A DNA stretch of 63,620 nt, filler included, from Lenisia limosa (lineage: Eukaryota; Protista; Breviatea): NCBI GenBank assembly GCA_001655205.1. It is 7 parts of 7 records of this genome, joined end to end, with 100 filler letters (N's around TTAATTAATTAA, not from the genome) between each part and the next. Parts side by side here need not be neighbours in the genome. Positions count along the whole stretch, not along the records: positions 27,232 to 58,131 come from LPNZ01011359.1; positions 58,232 to 60,949 come from LPNZ01009958.1; positions 61,050 to 63,620 come from LPNZ01007448.1; 4 more parts are not named here. One strand, written 5' to 3'. The notes beneath the pieces were generated by a model. The model was not told the DNA's origin, searched no databases, and saw only the letters and a program-made list of their open reading frames with translations. Made by a program: the position numbers and the translations under genes. The number at the start of each line of letters is the position of its first letter. Position 1 is the first letter of the stretch. Below are positions 51,601-63,620 of this stretch, one piece after another.

Positions 51601-54600
51601 TTCCATCAGTCGCAATGTCCAGTAGTTAATGTCGATACCAAGATAACGATTGCGATCCTATATTTATTAATATCAAATACATCATTTTAATGTGCACTTA
51701 CCTGCTGAGTTTCGGTCAGCTTCTCAAGAGCAACAGACACCTCAAGTTCCAAGTCATATGTGTCCTCCCCTGCTGGGGCCGAGGATTGTCTGTTGTGTTA
51801 ATGATTTGATGGCTGTTTTGAGGTAATGATTGTCGACATAACACCAAATACCTTAAGAATGATAGTATTTCCCAGATCATTTGGTAAAGCAAAATCACGG
51901 AGAAAGCTACTTTATTGAAAAAAATTCTCCTAATCAAGTATATTATGACCTTCTTCATGAAAAACCGGTCTGACTATTTATACTGTTTGATAATATTGAG
52001 TTTTGTAGTGAATTATTATGTCTCAAACCCATCATATCGTTCACCCAGAAAGTTAATCAACAAACGCTGCTGTTCTTTGTGGAGATGTTATTGTGGAACT
52101 GGACAAAGCCTTGCGAAAGCTCTCAACTCTTAGGCTATTAGAATACCCACTTCTGTATGTCATTCTGTAGTGTGAGACGAAATATTTTCAGAAAAAACAA
52201 AAAATGTCACCTTTTAACCTAATGTGCTTTTTAACCTTATGTTTAAATGTCAATTTAGATGAAATCATACTTTGACGATGGTACATTTAGTGATGCTTGC
52301 CATATTGTCACTATTCCGATCCCCTAGAGCGATGAGATAATTGGTACAAGTAATCTTGAAAATATCTCTCAATTCCAAACCTTAGCATGTGTTTTCCCTT
52401 TGGAAATGCATTTCCAAGAACCGGAATTGCAACTGAGGGAGACTGATTCGTCGAATTTGGTTCGAATATTATCAATTTCATCAACACGTGCTGATATAGT
52501 GATTGAAGCCGGATATAGTGATTGAAGCCGGAGTCCACTTGAATTGCAAAAACAATGTTTTTTGGAAAATTGCAAGATATATGCATTTTTCCGAGTCTAC
52601 TCCAAGAGAATTCGATAACATTAATAGTTTGTCGTTTTCTATGTACTAAATATTGGTCAAATCGTATAGTTTTTAAGTCTAAAAAGACAGTGCTAAATTC
52701 TATTAATTTAGATGATGATTTCACAAAGTGGTGTAAAACAAAGACATTACTGTGCCCTATATCCAGCCAATAATCTTATGGCAACGATAAAACTCAAAAT
52801 TATACATTTATCCACCCCAGAATAATAATTGTAATATTTTGTATACAAAATTTAAGTGGTCTCCGGCTTTAAAGTATAAAGTATAAGATAAAAAGGTACT
52901 GAAATGATCAGAACAAAAGAATGTGGAGCAAGTTGCAACAAATTTAGGATGGTTGAAAATCTGTTGCCAACTATCCACATCAAAAGGTTGAGGGGCTTTC
53001 AATTTTTGGCTTGAGGCTAAATGGTTACAAAACACCAAAGACTAAAAAATGCTACCTCTCAAGTTCACAATATGCACTCCATGAGACTGTGAGAGGGTTT
53101 CAGCAGCTTCATAAGAAAGTCTAATATTTCAGTAATTGGAACAAAATGAGAGGATTTCAGTCATCCACAAACAGAATAGAGTTGTATTCAGCCATGTTTG
53201 CGATCCGTGATGTTTTGTTAAGCATGGGTGATACCAAAACCCATTGTTTTGAGAGACCTGAAGGAGTTAATTATTAAATACAATCAAGAGTGAGATTGCA
53301 ATTTGAGTTTGTATTTTCTACCAACCAAGCATTCCAGCTGCAGTACTTCCCGAATGAATGCCTATTTTGGACTGTAATGAATTGACGTGGATGATCTAAA
53401 CATTATAATGAGTATATTATCACATATCATATTGATATTAATGTGATGACAAGGTAACGTACTGCGTTTTGAATGCCAAACGATGCTTCAAGAATTCCTT
53501 TGGAACCGGCTAACCCATATACTAAAAATAGTCAACCTTGAAATAAATTCTGAATCATTAAGAAACCAAAAACTAAATCACAATCAAGTATTAATCTTCT
53601 ATGAATAGTATCGTATAGTATCTGTAAGACAAAATACACAATATCTATTATGAGAAGCTAGTAGTATCAATTATTTTTTTGTAATTAACCAAATATCCAA
53701 CATACACCGAGTTTCGTCGAAACCTGGAGAACTATATCGAGTCAGCAGACCACCAACAATAACAATCGAAGTATCCACTTGCTCAAGTTTGAAGCTAAAA
53801 GATGAATCAAATTAGTGGTATGTATGTGGCCAAGGCTAATAGTACCGATGTAAAGGTTTTAGTTAATTGCTTCACAGCCAACATACCAGTGATACTTATC
53901 AACATATTTGTCTACAATTTTAGAAAACCCTATAAGTTCGTTGAGAATTTTTTTGGGGGTCAAAATGGTTGATATGTCTATAAACTGGACCTAGAGTGTC
54001 AAGTCAATCGGGTCACATACATAGATGAAAGCAACAGTAACAATATCAAAGTACTCAATGTTGTCTTCTCTTTGGGAACCGACCGCTTGCTTCTGAAATA
54101 TTAATATCTAGAGACAAATGTACCTCTATTCTCCTTCGTAGATGTAGAGGAATCATCTCTGCCTCCAAGGACTCTGATGGTGAAATATCCAAATACTATA
54201 TGATAGGATGTGATAAGATTCCTGTTTCCTGGTGATACAACTCACAAAACAAAAAAAATAGAAAACATACTCATTCGATTCATTTGTGTTTTTCCCTTTA
54301 TCATTGAGAGTGACATGCATTTTTGATTCTTTTGAGTGTGGCTCAGACTGAGGTAGAGCACAACAACCATCACCAAGCCTAGTCGAAGATAGAAGAGTAT
54401 TGGCACTCCTAGACTGTAAACAGACTGCTATGGATATTACCATTGATGTACCAATCTGCAATACTCAAACATGTCACAAAGAGAAAGCAAGCAGTAACAG
54501 TTTCAATTTTGGGAATACCAGAAATCGCTAAATGTTAAAATCTGGACAGATACAAACTTCCGAGCGCGCCAACAATTATGACATAACAAGACTTAATAGC

Positions 54601-56272
54601 AAGTCCATTGTCTTGCTCTAAGCACATGCAGACAATTATACCTAGCTTCAAAACAAAAAGAGCGGATTGAACAAGGTTTACCCATTTAGGTAAACTAAAG
54701 GTTAAACTGAAATCCAGGCCCACTTTCCAAATCCAAGAGGAGATTTTAAGAATTGAGCAAATAAATTCAAAACCTCTAGGGTTGTAAAATGATATGGCCA
54801 CAGATAACAGAATATTCAATATTCTCAAACCTAAGTCATCTTCATTGTCCTCAATACAATGGACAAACTCGTAGTAATACTCTGTAGCCAACGATATTTT
54901 GTCAACACATTTGAGGGCTATATATATACCTAAAACATCATATATTGATTTCAAAACCACTAGTAGACAAATTCGAGTAGACCCCATCATACTTGTACCA
55001 CAAGTAGACAAGAAAAACATGTGACAACTGACATGAAGGTGACCATCTTCAAAGACGTACGCAACACTGGACAGGCAGAGGACAATCAGAATGAAGCAGA
55101 TATTGGAAACCTGTCGAGTAATTTGAGACTCAAAGACAAACTAGCGTGTCATTGACATGTTGTCTCCGTCGCTCTCTGTTAATTGCCGCTTTTGAACTGT
55201 CCGATTGGTTGAACTCTCGAAATACATCATGGCGATACTTTCGTCTCCTATTGTAGAAGTAAAGGCAAAGAAAAGACACAACAACTTCCAATTTTATAAT
55301 TTGACAACAAATGCAGAAAAGAACTCGCTGTTCAAAAGATAATACTGGTCTCTTAACGCTATCTGATGTTAATCAAAGTACAAAAACTAAGACATTTGAA
55401 ATGACTATTAGAATACGGATATTTAGCTATGATGACTAATTTTCAAAAGCAAAATAGAACGGTTTTATATTATAATTAAACATAGTATTTGAATAGTGTA
55501 TTCAAGTTCTCCATTTATAACTGTGTTGAAGTGCTGACTTTTCACGTTTTCTAGCAGATTGGCCAGGATCATTCTCGCTTCCTCTTGCAGTACCTACAAA
55601 GTAAATGCAAAAAAATATGAGATATCCTGGTGAAGCCCAGCAAAAATCGGATTGTAAATGTGTAAGCTTAGAAAATGTATATAAAACTGTAATGTGTCAT
55701 ATTGCCGTGAAATGTAAACCCACCAGCAGAAGTCTTTTGTTGTTTGAACCCTGATGTTGAAGTCACATTAGCCTCATTTGACAACGATGCCAAATTGATC
55801 TAGAAATTTCAATGAGGTGAGGAAAAAACCAAATATAAGTAGGGGTGAGTAAACACCCAGCAATAACTCTACCTTGAGTTGATGAGAAGAACTCATTATT
55901 TCAAATGATGGCAATCGGAAGAGGATGTAACTTTTATAGTTAACTGCATCAACTTCAAGCACTTTCTTGAGGCACCACAAGCCTCCTCGACCAAGGGCCA
56001 AATTCTTGGAAGATAAAAATGGGAGAACTAGTCTTTCGGCATGATCTTTGTTGAATGGTATGCCAATCTGTCAATCATCTTACATTTCAGAGACCGCTAT
56101 TTCACAAATTAGGTTGAGCACTTTTTTCAAATTAGTAGATAAATTTCCCTTTTCAGACAAAATAAAGTATCCGCTCCCGCGGCATGCGGATAAACCGGAG
56201 AATAGATCCGATGTACCCAAAAAGGAAAGTATGGATTTCTTACGCTTGTCTCCCCGCCTCTGTCGTTGTCAT
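48601..56272 (-). CDS. Class III nucleotidyl cyclase with two TM bundles and two cyclase domains (C1/C2 roles swapped; guanylyl cyclase predicted), ~40+ exons (copy B)
   Basis: C1: EYFDIVTVAFIY|VQFIDIS..TPKKILNEL..|FKLEQVDTSIVIVGGL..|SKIGIHSGSTAAGML|GLSKQWVLVSPMLNKTSRI. Second TM bundle at ~50300-51300. C2: LVPSHIVPRV...LSVLQ|LDVVNFTRDS..|NKFDQACKRRQCDRLYTIGDAWV|AISG..|IAITRLARDLL..|VRIAVATGGAIGGVIGKSRPRYLI|WGEAPELAHLLE..|GKTGTTASYY. No in-frame stops in the exons traced. Start and stop positions tentative. Confidence 0.88.
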
Positions 56273-56278
56273 TGTGTC

Positions 56279-56372
56279 AATCATTATATCATTATATCAT
56301 TATATCATTATATCATTTTATCATTATATCATTATATCATTTTATCATTATTATCATTATATTATTATATAT
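56279..56372. repeat. (TATCATTA)n 8-bp tandem repeat in a ~300-bp divergent intergenic region
   Basis: ~9-10 degenerate units between the cyclase B start (56272, -) and the next gene start (56575, +). Confidence 0.85.
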
Positions 56373-56574
56373 AAATATATATCTTACGCCACCTCGCGCA
56401 CACGCCACTTATTCGGAGGGTCAATACCCCTCTATTTTCAAACGCGTTTATTTATTATTTTTATTAAAAATTTATCAGCCACTATTCAGCTATTCTACAC
56501 AACCGACTAAACATATATCATACATTCCATTCCATCCCATTTCATTCATTCATCATTGTCCTCTTTTATGAAAG

Positions 56575-58130
56575 ATGAACTTTGTTGTCTTAGCTGGTCT
56601 TTTATTACCGTTCCTGGTGTCGGCATTTATGTGAGTTTTGCAGTAGTTTTTTGGATTGCAATTTGCCCTTCTTCTTTCTTCATCCTGACCCTGTAGTAAA
56701 ACCTCTCCTCTTGGACATGCCAGGTTGGTGAAAAATCTATTTTCCCTTTGTATCACCTTCAAGTGCTGACTATTTTGAACTGAATGAGGCGACAATCTCC
56801 ACCCTCAGAGTGACAGAATTAAGCTTTTCAGGAGTTGACGTATGTGAGGCTGTACCTTCAAGACTTCATATCATCGGCCGAAGAAGCCGTCGACTCCATC
56901 ACGCTTATAAGAGATATTGGATTTGTTTTACTACAACTCTGTCCACATTGGGCGGACAAAAAAAAATACAATGCCTATCACATTAAGTATATTTGTTATG
57001 GTTTTATTTCTGTTCTTGTGTTTTTATGATCCAGTTTTCTCAAAGCGATTGGGAGTTGTTGAAGACTTTTGGTAGGCAAGGCTATTCCAAAGATCAATGA
57101 ATAAACTTTTTCACTTAATTTGAGAATTGTTTCATTAATTGGCGAAAGATTGAGATTGTTTCACATTTCATTAATTTAGCCAAATCTGGACGCAATTTTG
57201 AGAACTGTACTGCTGTTCGCGAAGCAGGCCTCCCTTCAGGCATCTACAGCATTCTTGGGGTGAGCAGGATCAGGGCTGAAGACACAGGAAGATATACGTG
57301 TGGTTAGTCTATGGCATATGGCAGGCTGAATTACTATTATAAGCGTGATGGTGTTGGACGGCTTCGGGCAGATTAAACAACCTTGTTTTATTTCTCATTA
57401 TAATTTATAATTGTTAATTACTTTCTCTTTTACGCGTAATGATGTNNNNNNNNNNNNNNNNNNNNNNNNNNNNNNNNNNNNNNNNNNNNNNNNNNNNNNN
57501 NNCTGATACCCCCCCCCCCCTTTGTATTTTCTTTATATCTCAAAAAATATGTGGTAGCAAATACCCTGTCCAATTAACGGTTTTATTATGACCTAGGTCA
57601 AGGAAGAGTGTTTAATCACCGAAACTAGCAGCTATATCAAGTTTGCTGGGGGCTATTTGTGGTATTCAGCGGCTTTGTCACACAGTTAAATTATAATATG
57701 TATGTATTCTTGAATAGAAAAGTCGCTGTGGATAGCTTTGTTATCCATTTTCAGTTTGGGTTTTTTATTTACCTTTCAGGATTTTCCATGTCAATCCATC
57801 AAGGCATTTTATTCCCAACAAACTTGTGATCCCTTTCCATTTCTGGAACACCTACCACAGCCAAGGAAGTGCCGATGATGGTAAGCTGGCAGATTCTATA
57901 AGCTTACTGTGACTATTGTAGATAGCTCAATTTTCATCTCGAAGCGTATTTACACTACGCCTGTTCTTGACTCTAAATTGGTTCTGAGTAAGCTTTAAGA
58001 ATTATGTGATTTTATCAGAGGAACACTTTTCAAACCCGAAATAATGTCAACGTGAATCGTTTTGTAACCTTTTCCCAGCTTCTCCTACAAATCAGACAGT
58101 TGTGTCTCAAGTCTCTCACACTTTCTCCAA
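56575..58130 (+). CDS. Secreted protein with a fibrinogen-C/NEC-like Cys motif (partial, cut by linker)
   Basis: Signal peptide MNFVVLAGLLLPFLVSAF|gtgagt; exons PSSADYFELNEATISTLR, FSQSDWELLKTF, AKSGRNFENCTAVREAGLPSGIYSILG (resembles the C..i...g..SGvY.I start of fibrinogen-related domains), VKEECLITETSSYIKFAGGYLW, IFHVNPSRHFIPNKLVIPFHFWNTY. Confidence 0.55.
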
Positions 58131-58325
58131 GNNNNNNNNNNNNNNNNNNNNNNNNNNNNNNNNNNNNNNNNNNNNTTAATTAATTAANNNNNNNNNNNNN
58201 NNNNNNNNNNNNNNNNNNNNNNNNNNNNNNNATATAACCCTTAATATATACATATGGATGTATGTATATCCCCTCCCAGCTACAGCTTCTTTACCTAAAT
58301 AAAGCAGTCTTCAGCTTGGTTTTAT

Positions 58326-60949
58326 TTATAATACCCCAGGCATTCTTCCAGCTTGATGTGAGTCCGAAGAAGTCCCCACAATCTCCCCATACTCGGGCCA
58401 CTCGAGAGGGCTCCATGACGGCTCTTTGGGCGTCTGGGGGGGGGGGGNNNNNNNNNNNNNNNNNNNNNNNNNNNNNNNNNNNNNNNNNNNNNNNNNNNNN
58501 NNNNNNNNNNNNNNNNNNNNNNNNNNNNNNNNNNNNNNNNNNNNNNNNNNNNNNNNNNNNNNNNNNNNNNNNNNNNNNNNNNNNNNNNNNNNNNNNNNNN
58601 NCCTCTTCCGCCCTGTTTTACCCCTTAACCCCCGTAGTAGCGACTCCTCCGACGAACTGGACAGTATGAGGTCCCACATCTCGTCCGTTGCAGGAGGGGA
58701 CGATATTTATGGCATAGACCACATGGTACCAGTATGGGGGGAGGGGGCTAATCAGGTTGAACAGAGATAGTAACGTGTCTGAGAACAGCAGAATGGAATG
58801 TCGTTCTGAAGACGTCTTGTGAGGTTTTGTATCAAAATATCACAATGTCATCCCCAGTAATGCTATACCCAAACCCCCTCATCCCAATCTTTTAGTCTGG
58901 AATAAACGAGCGAATGGATGATGAGCCTTAATTATAATTGGCCAAGGTTTTTGATTGGTGTTTCTTTTTTGTTGTAGTTTTTGTTGTTTCCCTCGATATA
59001 TTGTTCAGTGATGGTCATACTAACCATCAATAGGACTGAAAGGGGTGTTAATTGAATTGGGACTTAGCAAGCAGATGCCAAAATGAACTGCTTCAGTCAG
59101 AGCCCCACAATTAGGAACTGATAATATTATAATGCTCACTTAAAACCAAAAGCACCAATAAATAACCCAAGAAAAGATCTACTTTGCGATTTGCGCCGTG
59201 AAGCTCTGAACGTCCTTAGCCCACGTCGCCTGCTCGTTTGCCAGCTCAGCGCGGAGGATGTCCTCAGTACCGCCAAATACGTTATTCAATAGCCCTGGGG
59301 TGGAGGAAGGAAATTTTAATAAAAAAATACTGGCGTGACGGTGCTAATATGGGGTGAATGGTGACAATGAAACGCAAAACAACTCGTCGATTGCTACACT
59401 GAAGTAAAAATGCCATTAACCAAGTACAAATAAAATCATAATAGTAATAATAAAACAAAGTCTGAAAATATCAAAAAAATCGATAGAAAAACACAACCGA
59501 CCAAATAAAATAAAACACCCCCGATTCCAGCCCACCATAATACATCCTGCCAAGAGCTGCCAAGAGACGAGCGTCAGCACGAAGCGTGGCGTTGGCTACT
59601 GGTGGCGGGCCTGGGGGAGTAATGATGGTCAGGCACACCAAATGCTGATAATAATAGTTTGACAGCAACACNNNNNNNNNNNNNNNNNNNNNNNNNNNNN
59701 NNNNNNNNNNNNNNNNNNNNNNNNNNNNNNNNNNNNNNNNNNNNNNNNNNNNNNNNNNNNNNNNNNNCTGGGGGTTCTTGAAGAGGTACTTCGACAGCGT
59801 GGCTGGGGGGTAACAAATGCTAGTAATATATGCTCAAGGTCCTAAACTACGTCGTTAATTCGAATTATTGTCGTTAATTCAATTTTCTGTGACTGTCTCC
59901 ATGTTACGGTCAACTTCACAACAATTTAACTCGCAAAAAAGGACATCTGAGAAAAATGCTAGCATAAACTGAAAAAAAATTGCGCGAGCGTGGCGCTAAA
60001 AAAAAAAAATTCGCGATAAAGTTTGCTGATCTTGCAAAAAAAATATGAAATATTTTGAACGGTTATTTTTTTTTTCTTTGTTTCCTTTCATCAACAAATA
60101 AGTGTGTATATCTCAGAAATATATTACTGTTCTGAACGGAATAACTGATTTGGTGACCGTAAATAATTAACGACAAATTTTGGACCTTGAGCATATATAT
60201 TCAAGTAATACAGGTAAATGATAGGGCACAAATTTGAGAACAAGTCCCCGCTCCTCACCAGAAGCCAGAACGATATAGCCCCCGCTCCTCACCAGAAGCC
60301 AGAACGATATAGGCCCAGGCCAGTGGAAAGTCCTGTGTAACGGAAGTTTCGTTCATATTCGGCATCAAGAGGCCACGGCCGTGTTGGAGCTCCACCGCGT
60401 CAAACTGAATACCCATTTCTGGGGGTGAGAACCGGTGGAGTTGAGAATAGTATCCAGGATTAAAAAAGCCGATATAGCAGAGACATAAAATAATAAGGTT
60501 GTATCTGACCGAAGCCGTCCACAGAATCACGCTGACAAGAGATATTGGATTATAGTATAATATTAATTCACCCAATCATTTGCCTTACAGCTCTGTGCAC
60601 ACAGCTTTCTGCTCGCCTCCCCAGCATACCTACAAGGATTAGATTCATGAATAAGGACAATGGCCCCTGCATAATAACCCAGGTAGGCCCTCTTAAATCC
60701 GTCTTATGCCAGATATTGAATTATAGTAACCTGAAGCCGTCCACACAATCACGCTTACAAGTGATATTGGAAGATAGTAACGAGGAATATATAAAGAAAA
60801 GAAAAAAAAAAACCCCTAAAGTGTAGAATAATAACAATATAGCACAAGTAGTATGATACCAAGCGATAAAAGCCAGGTTCATTACAAAGTCTTCAGCAAT
60901 ACATTCAAGTTTTGGTCTACTTCCTGACACCAATTCCAAATGAAAATCC
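58326..60949 (-). CDS. Hypothetical multi-exon protein (partial)
   Basis: GC3-rich minus-strand exons: LELVSGSRPKLECIAEDFVMNLAFIAW, EMGIQFDAVELQHGRGLLMPN...PLAWAYIVLAS, ATLSKYLFKNPQ, PPPVANATLRADARLLAALGRMYYGGLESG, NNVFGGTEDILRAELANEQATWAKDVQSFTAQIAK. Confidence 0.55.
59831..60193. mobile_element. 363-bp non-autonomous TIR element (MITE) in an intron
   Basis: Left TGCTCAAGGTCCTAAACTACGTCGTTAATT versus right end reverse complement TGCTCAAGGTCCAAAATTTGTCGTTAATT; inner inverted 9-mer TTACGGTCA/TGACCGTAA; TATA on both flanks. Confidence 0.75.
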
Positions 60950-61654
60950 NNNNNNNNNNNNNNNNNNNNNNNNNNNNNNNNNNNNNNNNNNNNTTAATTA
61001 ATTAANNNNNNNNNNNNNNNNNNNNNNNNNNNNNNNNNNNNNNNNNNNNTATCGTGACGCGACCTCCATGCAAGGCCATCCCACTGGTGGGAGGGGGGTA
61101 AAGCAGTTCTAGAAAGTGGATCTGGAAGGAATATAATTGGTTACAGAAAACGACCTGGTTTTTGTTTGATTTGTTGTTTTTAACCCTCGTGTGTTGTCAT
61201 CCAACCGCGTTGATTTAGGGCTTTTTTTTTGTTTCATAAATTTTCCAATTTTACTCCCCTTTACACTAGTTAGCAGGACAGAATGCCGTGTATATGTCTT
61301 TTTGATTTCCATTGTTGAAAACTGGGAGCCTTTTTGGCACAAGGATTCATCATAGGATCTCTTTTCCAATTTTACCCCCCCCCCCCCTNNNNNNNNNNNN
61401 NNNNNNNNNNNNNNNNNNNNNNNNNNNNNNNNNNNNNNNNNNNNNNNNNNNNNNNNNNNNNNNNNNNNNNNNNNNNNNNNNNNNNNNNNNNNNNNNNNNN
61501 NNNNNNNNNNNNNNNNNNNNNNGTGGGTTGGGTTGTCTTATTTGGAAGGTTTCCTAATTGGGAAGGAGATTATTTGCCTTTTGTTCGGCGGTCTATGGTA
61601 CTTTTATTGGGCGGCCAGTTGCCTTTTGTGGCAGGCTTCTAATTGCCTTTTTAG

Positions 61655-63365
<1,711 letters not shown>

Positions 63366-63620
63366 TGAGAAATTTAACAAAGTCATATAATATGTATACT
63401 GTAGTATTTATTAGGTGTGTGTGGGGGGCGATATAATGATGATACGTGCGTATCGTATCGTAGACTATCGCAAGGATAATTTTTATGCATACGATGTTAT
63501 ATGATAAACAGTAGATGTGGGGGGTGTCTTTTCATCTTGTCGGTGTGTAGAGGATGTATTACATATCGCATCTAGTATAAAACAATTGAATATTTCTAGA
63601 ATTAGATAATGCTACCTCAC

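Noticed and set aside
52493-52530. 19-bp duplication as a frameshift inactivating cyclase copy B
   Set aside because: A phase-compatible splice (donor after ...IEFSW, acceptor tatcag) places the duplication inside an intron.
40850-56300. ORF-poor AT-rich block as an endogenous giant virus, Polinton or other degraded insertion
   Set aside because: It resolves into two spliceosomal-intron-rich cyclase genes; no capsid, packaging ATPase, PolB or integrase motifs were found.

Overview
Intron-rich eukaryotic (protist, probably amoebozoan-like) draft-genome window. It consists of seven contigs joined by artificial 100-bp N44-TTAATTAATTAA-N44 linkers, plus many ordinary N gaps. The ORF track is mostly uninformative because exons are short; genes were reconstructed by hand from GT..AG exon chains, so internal boundaries are approximate. 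Confident genes: TMEM184-family (-), coronin (+), Rab14 (+), Tom22 (-), a cupin (-), cyclophilin-RRM PPIL4 (+) and MCM3 (+, partial). Weaker calls: RCC1-repeat, TmcB-like, FIRRM/C1orf112-like and several hypothetical or secreted proteins. The most notable structure is an ORF-poor 41-56 kb block holding two convergent, anciently diverged paralogues of a two-TM-bundle, two-catalytic-domain nucleotidyl cyclase with swapped C1/C2 roles and guanylyl-type specificity, plus a possible RGS-like linker. One copy (-) looks intact; the other (+) carries in-frame stops. Mobile DNA: a degraded MULE DDE transposase, a ~102-bp hAT-type MITE family (8-bp TSD), a 78-bp Tc1/mariner-type MITE family, a 363-bp TIR element, and two further dispersed repeat families, one of which repeatedly ends exactly at intron 3' splice sites.
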